From the NCBI GenBank assembly GCA_951406725.2, contig OX597818.1, positions 95,480,001 through 95,544,000 of the forward strand: 64,000 nucleotides of DNA. Reading direction: 5' to 3'. Below, piece by piece: positions 26,526-39,900 of this stretch. The position numbers were made by a program, and so were the translations under genes. The DNA comes from Octopus vulgaris. Its lineage: Eukaryota. The notes beneath the pieces are model-generated. The model had not been told where the DNA came from. It saw only the letters and a list, made by a program, of their open reading frames with translations, and ran no database searches. The first letter of the stretch is position 1; the number at the start of each line of letters is the position of its first letter.

Positions 26526-27829
26526 CTGAAAAAAACAAAGTCTGAGTGTTATTACCATTGGTTTAACATTTGACCATGCTGATAGTTAATATGACATCAT
26601 TATAAACACTTCATTTCATGTTGCTCCAGTTCACTCAGCAGGCAAAAATGAGTAATCTTGTGATGGATTGGTGTCCTGTCCAAGTGGGGAATATATACAT
26701 CATGAAAACCGGCCCTAGGAGTCTATATGACTCGAGAAGGATCTTTATCCTTTTGTTTTATTATAAAGTAGTGAATGCCATTGTATTAATTGTTAGGTGA
26801 GGCTACATTCTCGGTTATCTTACACTTTGACAAAACACTAAACTGTTAAGCATACCCTGGTGACATATATTCCACTAAGGAAGCTAGCTATAAGATATTT
26901 TCACAGTATAACTCCACTGTAAATCAAGATATACAATATTGTGGTAATATACTGCACTACAAAGTAAGACATACCTACTTCTAGTGCTGTAACATCGTTG
27001 ACAATCATATCATGATCTCTTTATTTTATGTGTTGATTAACCCTCTAACATGATGAGCAATTATGTTTCTTAACATGCCAAGTTATATACAGTCACCACT
27101 AAAAAAACTCCTTCTTCAGTTAACCCTTGAACATTCAAACCAGCCATATCCGGCCTAAATATTCTACCAGTTTTATGTTAAAACTGGCCAGATCTAGCCT
27201 CTCACACCTAACCGACAATGTCTTTCTAAAGCTAAATAATCACATCATGAAAATGTCTTAGCTATAAGATAATGCATGGTTAATTCAAAACAATGTGAAT
27301 AAGTAAGCAGAACATTTGACAGAGTAATCTGAATGCTAAAGGGTTAATGTATACTCTGAGCCAGTCAAAGTGTCAGATACCATTTCCCTGCAAGCTATAT
27401 ACTCACATGAGTTGAATTCAGAACTGTAAGTTATCAGTGTTGCTACTCAGAGCAACAAGATGGATTCAGTTATTCTAAAATGAAATGCTTCAGCCATGAA
27501 CATAACGAGTGCCATTGACAGGATATGAACCAACAACCTCTCTCAGAAGGCTGACTGGTATCTTTTTCAATCAACTATCTATGATCACATTTTCAAAGAG
27601 ATTTCAAAGAATTTTCAAGATTGCCCTTGAATTATTGATAGTGAGTATCAACTTAGTATATATTGGTATTTCTTGGATTTTCAGTCATATATCAGATTTT
27701 TAAGTATATTTTACCACATATTTATCTGCCCACATAATAACTCAATCTCTTCGCCTTGCCCTGACAAAACCCTTTGTTCATTTTTTCTGACCAAGTAACA
27801 CTGTTGTCTGCTTTGCCAGACCAGGCAGT

Positions 27830-28075
27830 CCTCACCCACTTTACCTATCTAGATAAACCCCATCTTTTTAGATAAGCCTCAGCCACTTTGCCTATTCAGA
27901 TAATCTTCAGTCACATTGTGTGCTCAGATAACTCCCAGGTTACTTTATCTGCCCAGATAAACCCTAGTCTCAGTCATTACAATTTTCTAGATAAGCCTTG
28001 CTCACTTTAACTGCTAAGACAATCCCAGGTTACTTTGCCCAAATAACCACTTTGCCAGCCCAGACAAAGCCGCCT
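27830..28075. repeat. Degenerate minisatellite (ccacttt.cc...cagataa unit)
   Basis: Repeated acttt..agataa..cc motif about every 28-30 bp. Confidence 0.55.
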
Positions 28076-28619
28076 TCCTCACTCAAATACTTCCCTTTTA
28101 GTAACAGGGGCTTTTTTGTTTTTCCCTGTACTTTTACTGTCTTTCAAGTTACTCAGTGCCAGTGGCACAAAAAAGCATGCAATACACTCTATAAAATGAT
28201 GAGTGTTAGGTAGGGTATTCAACCATAGAAACTATGCCCACAGCTGACATTGGAACTTGACATGGCCTTGTAACTCATTGGATCCTATCAAACCATTCAA
28301 CTCATGCTAGCATGAAAAGTAGATGATGATGATGATGATGATGATATAACCTCTGGTGAATTTATTAACCCAAATAACCCTTCATCAAGTTATTTACACA
28401 AGGCCATCATTTACTGTACTGTCTACTCACACATTCATTCCTGTCTGTAGTCCTAAGTTTTGCTAGTCTCCCAGTAAAACAGTTACTGAGCTGACCTAGA
28501 ACAATTCAATGCTGCCTAGTTTATGACCAGTAAGGCATGACCATATGGCTAGCTGACCAAACTATGAAGGCATAGATATACTGTCCACCACTTCCTGGCT
28601 AGACACAAACACAAACACA

Positions 28620-28688
<69 letters not shown>

Positions 28689-29949
28689 ACGCACACACAC
28701 ACACGCACGCACACACTCAAAATCAACAACAGCCACTACTTGCTCTGTCCCTCCCCACAAACCCATTTGTTGGTGTTGGTAATGATAGCAAGTCTACTGT
28801 TATGTTGATAAATCAATACTATCAGATATCCTGCACACTATCAAATCATGTGATTGCTATACCATCCCCAAACTCCTTCCTCCTATCAACATTATGATGA
28901 CATTTATCATAAATGGTTTGAAACATCAGAGAATCAGTTTTTTTTTCATCTTTAACAAATAAAAAAGCAAGTTAGCATGGACAAAATATTTTTTTACTAT
29001 TACAATTATATTCTGCCCTATTATTTAATTATTGTTGTTTGTTTTTATTATTATTATTATTATTATTATGGATTGATAGAATGATTAGAGCACCAGAAAA
29101 ATGCCTTGTGTTATTTGTTCCAGATTATTACATTCTGAGTTCAAATCCTGCCAAGATTAATTTTGTCTTTCATTCTTTCAGGGTTGATAAAATGAAGTAC
29201 TAGTCTAGTATGGACTGATGGTGTCATCAAACACCCTCTTCCCCTCAAAGAATTGCTGGCCTTGTCCTAAATCAGAAGCAATTATTACCATTAATCATTG
29301 ATGATTATAACATATTTAATACTACCAATATATACATTAATGCACACAACAAAAAATATTCCCTGAAAGCTTACAAAAATGGTGTTGACTGCAGGTCAGC
29401 ATACACACTCTTCTGTCTCTCTATCATTCTAGACAACCTAGCTCAAAATAGCAACTAAAGTCCCTTGAATTCCACCCTACTGCCTCAAAAAAGGAAATAC
29501 ACATAACAAATAAAATGGTACATTTATGGGTGAAATGCCTTCAATCATACACCAACTCCACCAGAACTGATCTGGATCTAAACAACAACCATCAATACCC
29601 AGATGTCAGTAGATGATAACAATAAGCTCTGTCAGTATTTAAAGACCCCTTTCCACAGACAGCAGAGAGAGCCTCATTCTCAACCACTTCATGCCAAAAC
29701 TATAAGCTCTTTTACTCCACCTATGTAGCAAAGATAACCTTTTATTCTCAAAAACCTTAAATTAACAGCTCCAGTTCCTGTGGTAACTAAATACTTCCTA
29801 CCTTCCGTGGTAACTAAACTTTCTCCAGACATCAGAGAAAGAGAGTAGCTTTTCAGCAATACTTAAAGTAACTAGGCAAACACCCAACAACTTACAAAAA
29901 AGGGTCCTGTTTTAATCAACCTGGAAGAAGCATGGACTCTGTAAGCCAA

Positions 29950-31130
29950 AACAAAGGAGAGATGCAACTCACGGAAAAAATGATACAAGGTAAAATGGAT
30001 ACTTAAGAGACAACCATTATGCATAACCATCTTTAGTTGACCAATGTGGGCTCTTTCCCTAGCTACATCATGGAAACAATCTTTTATTCCTAGAAATTTA
30101 ACTATGCCACATTGAACCTGCTTGGTCAGAAGCTTTTATTCGCAAGACATTCAGAACAGCACAAACATGAGAGTGTAAACATCGTCAAATTTTGCCTCTA
30201 AGTTTTTGGTGAGTGTACATGCAGTGGATCCATCTAATGGTATTGATTTCTCAGGAATATAGAAGAAGCTTTACTTAATTAGTGATGACTTCTGGATGAC
30301 ACTGAGACAATCAAGAACAGCCTGTGCTTTCATAAAATGAATTTTTACACCTATTTGTGTGGATGCAATGTTACTTCCAATGAATGTATACAATGAAGTC
30401 TACAGATGCTAGGTTTTGTTTGGCAATGCTTTATGATCCCTTCTGATTGTAGCAGAAATATTCAGTGTTGAGTCATTGACATAAAGATTAATATCTTCTG
30501 CTGTTTTTTCAAGATTATGCATAAGAATAGTAATTTTTGAGATGAGTCTTCAAAGAGAGCAATATAATCAGTAATGTAGGAACTCGGTAGTAGAGGGAAG
30601 ATGATTTTGTTAGAGTGAAGTCAAATTCTTTAATTTTGTCTGAGTGCAAAGGATAAAAAAGAAATAGTGCAAGCATATCAGCTTGCAAAACACTTAATGT
30701 CAAAGAAATCCTAAGGTGATAATACTTTAGTTCTTATGTTATTGTAAAATGTCAATTGTTGCTACTATTTCTTGAGGTACAGTGTGTGTAAGAAGAATTT
30801 GCTCCATTTTGCCTTGGTAAATAATCAAAAGCTTTTGAGAATTCTTCAAACCAACAATAAAATTGCTTGTAGATTTTTTTTTTTACCCTGACTCCTCAAA
30901 TATTCTTTTGACTGTGAATATCTCTCCAACAATAGACCAGTTTTTCCTGAACTCATTTTAGTTTCTTCATAAGACCTGTCTTGATTATGGTTGTAAATGT
31001 TTCAGCAACAGTTTATTGTAAGAATAAATGTAAGAATAATCCCTCTGTAATTTTTTACCAAAAGTCTAAGTTTACTTTCTAGAGCAATGAGAAAATAAAA
31101 TCACATCTCCATCCTGCATCTCAGATGTGC
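29950..31130 (-). mobile_element. Old, degenerate RTE-clade LINE reverse transcriptase
   Basis: Frame-broken remnants KNYRGI, NEFRKN, FSKAFD, VPQEIV, VLQADMLALFLF and TLTKNLEAKFDDVYT. Confidence 0.7.
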
Positions 31131-31700
31131 AGATAATGAGGGATGTGCCCAACTGTTGTGTTGGTTATGTAGTCAAGTACTTCTTAAAAATCACCTACAG
31201 AGACAAACTCTCCACAACAAAAATGCAAGCAGAAACTGAAATCAATTCTCTAAATGCTACATATAGTAACTTTGTCTTCTCTCAACAACATATTGCAGAA
31301 GAATGTCTTCTTCTCACAACTAAAATCAAACACTGAGTCCCGGAGGAATTGGAAGTATTTGCTAAGATGCACAATTCATTGAAGAATGCTGCTACTCATT
31401 TAAAGTCAACTAAACCTCCCAGCAAAAAAATATCACTAAATTCAGAAAAAGTCTCAGTAAGATCTTACACTTACAAAATCGAATAACAGAAATATATTGA
31501 AAGCAAAATAGATTTGATGGTGCATGCAGCAGGAAACAAGCAATCATCCCTGGAATGGCAAAATGCCAATGAAATTAGTGGCAAGGAAAGTACAAATAAG
31601 TTGAATCTAAAAGCCACAAATCTGCAACAATGATTAAACAAGTGGAAGGAATACTTCCAGAACCTTTATAGAAATTCCCCAGCAGTCTTCGGTAGAACCA
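31130..31700 (+). mobile_element. Inverted upstream segment (EN-RT linker) of an RTE-clade LINE
   Basis: NATYSNFV..IAEECL..K.K..VP, WQNANEISGK and KWKEYFQNL match the RTE linker consensus. Confidence 0.6.
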
Positions 31701-34700
31701 CCAATAGTAACCACTATACCATGTTCTTGATAGGTATAAACTCCATAAATCTCAGGATGTATGTTGTGACAATGTGGTGTGTGTACAAGTGTGTATTGTG
31801 ATGGTGAGGGTTGGGAAGGTCAACAATGCATAAATCTCATGACCACCCTTTGAGACTCCTCATTTAAAAATTTTCCTTGCCTTATAATCTACTCCACTTA
31901 TACAGATCCTATCCCACCTCTATTCTCATGTACACTCTACTTATAAATTAACTCCAATGTAAGCCCACCTCAGCTTGGTGTACCCTTTACAACTAACCAC
32001 CTTGACTCAATATACTTTATTGTGTGTGTATAATACTTAGTTACAATGCCATCCCATCTATTCCTACCTCTACTCTGTTGACCCTTTACACACACAAAAA
32101 CAATAACTTCTTCATAAGAAATCATAAAGTTAATCTACCTATAACCTAAATACCCTCAGAGTAGCCATGAAGACTGCAACTTCCTAACTTCCAATCTCCC
32201 TACCCCAAGCATACACACCCTGAAACTCTAATGGGGCAGGAGGTAACTATATAAATCATTATTCCTATTCACACTGTTGTTTAGAGAGACATATACAACA
32301 GTGCAGATAAGGAGTATCAATATAATGAAAGGGAGGTGGGAGAGGGACTTTCCTTCTTGATAAAACCAGATGAAGGTCAAAGTAAATATATCTGTAAATA
32401 AATCACCAGATTGTTAAGACAGGCAAGGCTCTGAATAAATAGCTTATCAGAGGACATGCTGAGCTGAAATATAAAGGTGGACAAATACCAGAGTCAGAAG
32501 CAGAGTAATATATATATAATTTAAGTTCTCCAGAATTTTTATTTAAAATACAGGTCCGGAGCTATACTCGGCTGCATAAGACTATTAGGAAATATTTCAA
32601 AACAGTAGGTTGCAAGTATTGGCTTTGGTTCAACATATAGGAATTTTTCATGTTTTTAGCATGTTTAATATGTCTTGAACCAAAACTAACACTTACAACC
32701 TACAGTCAACTTTATAGGAGGTGACTCTAAAGAGACATAACTAAATACTGTGAGATACCAAATCTAATTCTCAACTAAATATTGCAGAGATGAGATGGTT
32801 AAATGGGAAACATATTGAAGTACCTACCCAGAGATAATTAGTTCAAATCTGCTGATGATCTTTTGGTGTTTCTGGGCAAAACACTTTGCCTTCTGTTTCT
32901 GCAGTACACCTAGCTGTCAGAGACAAGAGCCATATAGACTGGGGTATTACCAGCAATAAACTGGAATACAATCCAGAAGCAGATTTGTCTCATTTACAAG
33001 CTCCATTTGGGAGTCTTACAAAGTTATTTACATTTGATTAGTTTTCTTTTTATTCCCAAAATATATTTTCTCCATAATAATATCTGAGCACTAAAATGGT
33101 TCGAGAAATACATTCCTTGAGAATTTCTGCCACCTTCTCACCCTTCCCCAACATTAATGCTACAAGACTTCAAAGAACTTGGCTGAGATAACCAACATCT
33201 CGTAAGGTCATTAACAGCAACCTGTTTTCAGCTACGTAAGTCTTAACAGCAATTTAGAGAGAACAGGCACACATTGTAACCAAAACTGTAGCACAAGAGA
33301 ATGCAAAGACCTACTTTTTGGCAATGTGATGGTGCTAAACAAAACAGCAACATTTGTTATCAATCTCATAATTGGAGATAAGCGAAATAATGCCAGACCC
33401 TCCAAAACTGAATAAATAGGAATAACCAGGTTAATATAGTTAATGTTCTGTTTAAACAGTTGAAGCTCAGTGGTTTGGGGGATGGTATCAAAAATGAGGG
33501 AATTCTGCAAAGATTCAATTCTAGGGTGGAAAAGTTAGACAAAGTGCTTGGTGCAAGTTCTAATGGGGTGAGGACAGGGCATAGATGAAAGAATATTTGA
33601 GGTTGCAGTAAAAATCATGTAATTGATGACGTTAACATAAATATACTACAGTGAAATAAGAATGTTTTGAAAGCATGACCCATCAAGTATTTCATTAAAA
33701 ATAGACTTATTAAAATTCATTATAATTGAACTTAATATACTGTCAACATAGAATTGAATAGTCAATACATTTTTACATTATAGACAAAACAAAACATACT
33801 TATATAGAGAGAGTAAATGGAGGAGAATTAAAATGTGAGTATCCTTTGGGTTTCATAAATGATGCCCTGGAGGAGTGATTACCACTATATTATCATCACC
33901 ATTGTCTTTATGTCCACTTTTTCATGCCTGCATGGGTCAGATGGAGTTCAACAAGGCTGGTTTTCTACTGCAAAATGCTCTTCATGTTGTCAACCCTAAC
34001 TTATTTCCATGCAAGGTAACACATATACACACATGATGAGGAGCTACTTTCAGTTTCTATCTACCAAAACTGTTCACAAGGCTTTGGTTGACATGGAGCT
34101 ATATTTATACCCTTGATATTAACTCTGTGTAAGTCAGCAAGCTGGATAATCGTTAGAGTGTCAGAAAGGTGCTTTATGATAATTATTCATGTGTTTTATG
34201 TTCCAAGTTCAAATCCACTGAGGTCAAGCTTTACCTCCACAGAGGTCAACTTTTTATTTCCAGATCAATAAAATACAATATTACTCAAGTATAGCAACCA
34301 TTGGTATCAATTAATACCCTCCTGCTAAAATCGATGTCTTTGTGCCTAAATTAGAAGTATGTGGTTAACAAGTTTGCTTCCCAACAACAAGATTGTGGGT
34401 TCAATCCATGGAGGGAAAGTGTCTTCTACTATAGCCCCAGGCTGACCAAAGCTTTATAAGTGGATTTGGTAGATATTAATTGAAAAAGCCCATCATATAT
34501 GTATATATGTGTATGTGTGAGTGTGTGCATGTTTGTCTCCTTATCTTGACATCGCATGACTGACATACATAAATGTCACTCACTTCCAATTTTCTGTGAA
34601 AACATGTCTGGCTTTGGGAAAATATTACCATATTACCTGTCTTGGAAACAGACAGCAACAGGAAGGGCATACAGACAAAAAATCTGTCCCCAATAAACTC

Positions 34701-37179
34701 TATCCAACCCATATAAGCATGGCAAACAGGACGTTATGATGATGATGGTGGTGGCGGTGGTATGTGTTAGAGTGTGTGTGTGTGTGTGTGTATGTGTGTG
34801 TGCATGTGCATGTGCGTGTTTATATATAAACTGCATCCAGTAGTGAAGATCCAGTTCAAGAGTTCTGGAGTTGTAGCAAACATGGCATAACCTCTTAATT
34901 GCTATTACCCCCAGGTCCATTCTGACCCAGAACAAGTCTCTGTCAGGGTCTCATCTATGGATTACATAGATTTCCTAGGGATAGAGGAGACACCTGTTAT
35001 TTTTGACAAAGCCATGAGGATGGAAATTCTTCCAAGAGAAAGATACTCTGTCATAAAACTTGCAATCAAAACAGTACCAGTCATCTTGCCATGACTATCA
35101 CTGGAACCTACCATGATGACCAAGGGAGTGGTAAAAGTACCGTACTGGTTTTTGCCATTTAAATCCAATGACATACAGATGACTCACTATCATTTCATTT
35201 CTTGATCCATTTTGTATTTTATAGAGACTTAAAGCAATAAATGTGTAGCACGAAAAGTCACATTCGCACATATATAGCAATAAAAATAAATCTGAACAAT
35301 CAGGCTGAACATGAGATGGCTATCATCTGACAAGATGAGGCAATCATCATACATGCATGCACACATGCACACACACATTCACACAAGGACAGTAAGGATT
35401 AAATTGTGTTGCATTAATAAGCTGATACCTCATACACCCAGATGGTCTTTCTTTTTAATAATTTTGTTTCATGTGCAGGTGGTCTGTGGGGGGGTAGTCT
35501 ATGTACAGATCCATTACAATGTTAAGTGCCACTGTTTTGTGTTCTTTGTATCTTATTGTAGTTTACTATGAATAGTGATTAGGGCCCTAGGCTGGGCTGG
35601 CATAATAAATGATAGAACTAAGGCATTGTCTGCCACTTTTTTTTTTTCTTTCTACTGGCTAAATATGGTTTCTGTGACTGCTCTACATATATTTATGTTG
35701 TTTTGCTTTCCCTAGCATGTCTGCTATGTGAATTGTGAATGTTGTGGAGTGGTTGTGTATAACTTTCAGTATTTTTCTTCCTTCCGAGTACGTGTGTGTA
35801 GAGTATGTTTATATTGTTGGGTATGATGGCTAGTTGTAGTTGGTGCTTTCTATTATGGCTGGCTATGGAAGACTGGATTTTTAGGAAGTGCTACTCTAAG
35901 TCTGTTATTCTGGAACCAGGTGTCTGGGTGACTAATGTAAGGAGTGGGTAGTTGTGCAACTGGTGGAAAGATACGAATCTGATGTCAGCTGCTTATGAAG
36001 CTCTGTCTGCCTCTGTCTGTGTGTGTGTGTGTGTGTGCTTGCACGTGTTTGGAGTATGTGGGGGGGGGATTATGTACATCATCATCAGCATCATTTAACA
36101 TCCATTTTCCATGCTGGCATGGATTAGATGTATAGTTTGTATAGTTTGAAAAGAGTGAGTGACAGGACAGATTCTAGAATCAGTACATCAATTGCAAAAA
36201 TTGCAAATTGCAGAATTATTGGTTTTTGTACACTAGACAGTTTGTTAAAAATTTTGTTATTCCTTGGAAAGGATATTGAGCTTTGTACATGTTGAGCTGG
36301 TAATGAGGTCAATCTAATGATGTCAGTGATAAGAATGGTACATGTATTTTTATATTGTTGAAATCATAATGTCTCCACTGTGTTAGATTCATGAATGATG
36401 TAGTGGATGGCTGAAGTGGATTGAATACATGCTGAAATCCGGAGAAGGAAATGTGTGGGTTGATTTAAGTGTGACTAAGATTATAATTAGAGTATGCATT
36501 TACAATATTTACAACTAATGACTTCAAATGGTTTTGTCTGTGATAGTAATACAGTGTTTTAATCATGGCTATTTTTCACAGTTCCAATTTAAATCAAGGG
36601 TAATAAACTGCTTACCAATTAAGTCTCATGGCTTAGTTAATTACAACTAAAATGAATAAACTTTTTACAATTTACATTTGAACAGTACTTTACATACATA
36701 TAAATATATATATATACACACATGTACATGCAATCAAACATACATATACACACACATGCATACATACACACACATACATATAAACACACACCTATACATA
36801 TATATACATACACATACAGACACACATACACTCATACATATATAGAAATATATGCATAAGTGTATATGTATGCGTATGTGTTTTAAATTTAAATTGCATG
36901 ACATATAACTAGCATTTAGAATTCCATGAGTATTCTTTTACATCAAAACAGAAAGCTATGAGAACTTGTATTACAGTCCAAGTTTTCTTCCACTGGTTAT
37001 TGATAGTAGTTCCAGTCACTGATACCATAACATTACCTAAAGTCCATTATAAATCTAAGAAGTTATTTAAGTGCGCTGCATAATCTCTGATGATTTCATA
37101 ATGTAATCTGTTTACAAGGTTTTCCTTATATAACGGATATTATTATTATTATCAAAAAATATTTATTAACAACAGGAAG

Positions 37180-37670
37180 ACATGGGATGAGGTGGTGAAG
37201 CATACCTTTGAACATTGGGCCTCACAGAGGCAATGATAGGAGACCGAGACCATTGGAGATACGCTGTGATTGAGAAGACCCAGCAACTAAAGTGAGATCG
37301 CAGCCATGGCTGATGCCAGTGTTGCATGTCCGGCCCATTTAAGAGTACCCTTGATGCGTCGGGCGATATGATGTCTGAGAAGACCTGTTGAGTCAAGTAA
37401 AACCAAAATCGTAGCTGTGGCCAGTGACCCCTGACTGGCTCCTGTTTTGGTGGCACATAAAATGCATCATCCGAACATGGTCGATGCCAGTGTCCCCTGA
37501 CTGGCTCCCATGCGAGTGGCATGTAAAAAGCATTATCCAATTTTGATCAATGCCAGAACCACCTGACTGGCTCCTGTGCCAGTGGCCCATAAAAAGCACC
37601 ATCTAAACATGGTCGATGCCAGTACTCCCTGACTGGCTTCCATGCCGGTAACACATAAAAAGCACTATTC
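37180..37670 (+). mobile_element. RTE-type 3' UTR with about four tandem 60-bp units
   Basis: gatgccagt..ccctgactggctcc.gtgcc.gtggcac.taaaaagca repeated across 37420-37670. Confidence 0.7.
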
Positions 37671-37810
37671 TAAGAGTGTTGCAAATTCAGTTATAGAAAA
37701 TATAGAAGTGACAACAGGTTAGCAATGTACTACTGGCTGATGTCAGGATTACCTACAAAATGGCAGCAGTAGCAGCTACTTATTAGATTAGAGAGGAAAT
37801 GAGAACTTAC

Positions 37811-37858
37811 CTATTTTGGCTTCAGCATATGGTTGGACTAACCCAAACAGCAAGACAA
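37811..37858 (-). CDS. LRP12: LRP12-like gene, short exon encoding the end of the signal peptide (VLLFGLVQPYAEAKI)
   Basis: Acceptor tttccatttcAG, donor GTAAGT, 48 bp, phase 1-1. Hydrophobic stretch followed by an A-E-A cleavage motif. Joins in frame to the CUB exon (AKI-D-CGSKE). Confidence 0.7.
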
Positions 37859-37931
37859 CTGAAATGGAAATAAATTACATTTAATTATTCACAATATCTC
37901 AACAGTTGGTTAATTACTTTTTACACCAACA

Positions 37932-37965
<34 letters not shown>

Positions 37966-38580
37966 CGCGTGCATGCATGCATGCATGCTCCAAATGTTTG
38001 GTTTGCAATCACAGATCCAAATTCAATCTCACCAAGCAGCATTTTAGGCGTCTTCTACAGCCTCTGATTGTATGTGTGAATAATTATAAATATATACCAA
38101 AATCTATATAAACACACTTATTATATATATGTGCTTGTGTGTATGCATGTATATCCTAGTTTGCTGTAAGCTTGTTGTAAGAAGTGGCCTAAAAGTGTTG
38201 GCAGCAGGAAGAGTATCATATTTGGGGGGTTTTTTTTTAGTAAGGAGCATGTTCAGGTTTTCGTCCTATTGGTTGAGTATATTTTCATTTGCTGTGTTTT
38301 TACATTTATTCATGGAAGGACTTCTTTTGTGTGCATAGAAAATATTCTGCATATCAAAGTTTTTAAATTCATTCTTTAGCACATTCTTTTGTGCATATGT
38401 CCTGTTTAATAAAACAGGGAGGATTCTTGTTTTTCAGTTCTTTTTAGTCTTACTTGTTTACATGAAAATTATGGAATTTAAAAATATCAATGCAATCAAA
38501 CAACATATAGAAAAGAACATGCTCACATTTATGTCTGTGTGTATAAAACAAAACATATTCTAAGTCATAGCAGTACTTGC

Positions 38581-38599
38581 CTGATGATTGCACTGACAT
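38581..38599 (-). CDS. Candidate start-codon exon segment (MSVQSS) with a GC donor
   Basis: ATG TCA GTG CAA TCA TCA G|GCAAGT is phase 1 and would give MSVQSSVVLLFGLVQPYAEA. Short and speculative. Confidence 0.25.
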
Positions 38600-38719
38600 G
38601 AAACTTGAGTCTCAAGAAAAGAATTCACTTTAAATAAACTATATATTCTACAATGTGTATTGAGTACCCTCGTCCTCATTCACCCAACAAAAATCAGTTC
38701 TAATATGTTTGAATGCTAT

Positions 38720-39100
38720 ATCATCGTGGCACTCCATCGGTTACGACGATGAGGGTTCCAGTTGATCCAATCAACGGAACAGTCTGCTTGTGAAATTAAC
38801 ATGCAAGTGGTTAAGCACTCCACAGACACGTGTACCCCTTCACATACTTCTCAGGAAGATTCAGTGTGACACAGAGTGTGACAAGGTTGGCCCTTTGAAA
38901 TACAGGTACAACAGAAACAGGAAGAAAGAGTGAGAGAAAGTCGTGGTGAAAAAGTACAGCAGGGTTCGCCACCACCCCCTGCCGGAGCCTCATGGAGCTT
39001 TAGGTATTTTCACTCAATAAACACTCACAATGCCTGGTCTCGCAATCGAAACCTCAATCCTACAACTGCGAGTCTGTTGCCCTAACCACTGGGCCATTAC
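38720..39100 (-). mobile_element. tRNA-derived SINE (third family)
   Basis: Minus-strand head tggcccagtggttagggc...ggtttcgattgc (A/B boxes), about 380 bp body. Confidence 0.75.
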
Positions 39101-39149
39101 ACATCCACAAATGCTATATATAGGAAAGAAGATAAGTCCCTGCTATTGT

Positions 39150-39900
39150 CATGGAAATAGCTAAACTGAACAAGCAGGAAGGGGTAGGTTGGAACTCCAT
39201 ACAATGTATCCAATGTAACTAATGGATACACAAGAGAGGTGGGATCACAAAGAAGGTGTCCTTCATATGAAATATATGCACAAATGCAGAAAACACTAAG
39301 AGTACATATGAAACAGAGAATCTGTTTCATATCTTAGACCAACCCTCAAAAAATATTGATAGTCCTTCTTATCTTAGTGATCTAATGAGCAGTGGAGATA
39401 CTTGCTTTGAAAGCATAGTGACCAGGTGCTGGCATAAAGAGCTTCTCTAAGAGTGAAAAGCAGATTATATGAAGCTTGTATAGGAAGTACAATATTGCAT
39501 AGTAGTGAAACATAAAACTTGAATGCAGAGCATTAGTAAAAAAACGAGGAAGAAATGAAATAAGCATGCTCTGCATGATGTGTAATGTTAGTGTTCCTGA
39601 ATCAAGCAATAGAAATGAGCTGAGAGAAAAACAAGATATAGAATCGGATGAAGTGTATAAGAGGGAAGACTGCAGTGATGTTGATATGTGATACATATAG
39701 AGGATGAAGGCTGTATAAAGAAATGCTACATACTTCAAAGTGATAACACCTATGGAAGAGGGTCACAAAGAAAGACTTGGAACAAAGTGGCAAAGGCTGA
39801 TTTCAAAATGTTGCATTTCAAGGAGGAAATGACAAAAACTCTGTTGACTAGTAATCTGTGGTACTTGAGAAGATTTGACCTCAGAAAACCCAACCAGCAA
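39150..39900 (+). mobile_element. Degenerate RTE LINE ORF C-terminus
   Basis: RNEISMLCMMCNVSV..NELREK..GRGSQRKTWNKVAKADFK. Confidence 0.65.

Noticed and set aside
34962-35174. ORF with GTFTTP, CUB-like at a glance
   Set aside because: Lacks other CUB residues and splice signals; CUB1 is already completed by the 26390 and 13484 exons.
36130-36640. Possible old Penelope-like coding remnant on the minus strand
   Set aside because: Too degenerate to recover diagnostic motifs by eye.
37420-37670. Regularly spaced repeats, superficially CRISPR-like (also 6125-6315 and 8088-8450)
   Set aside because: Whole units repeat with no unique spacers, the context is eukaryotic and there are no cas genes; these are minisatellites or LINE UTR repeats.
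39030-39100. tRNA-like sequences (also in other SINE heads)
   Set aside because: A/B boxes are present but the cloverleaf is broken and each is attached to a SINE body; not tRNA genes.
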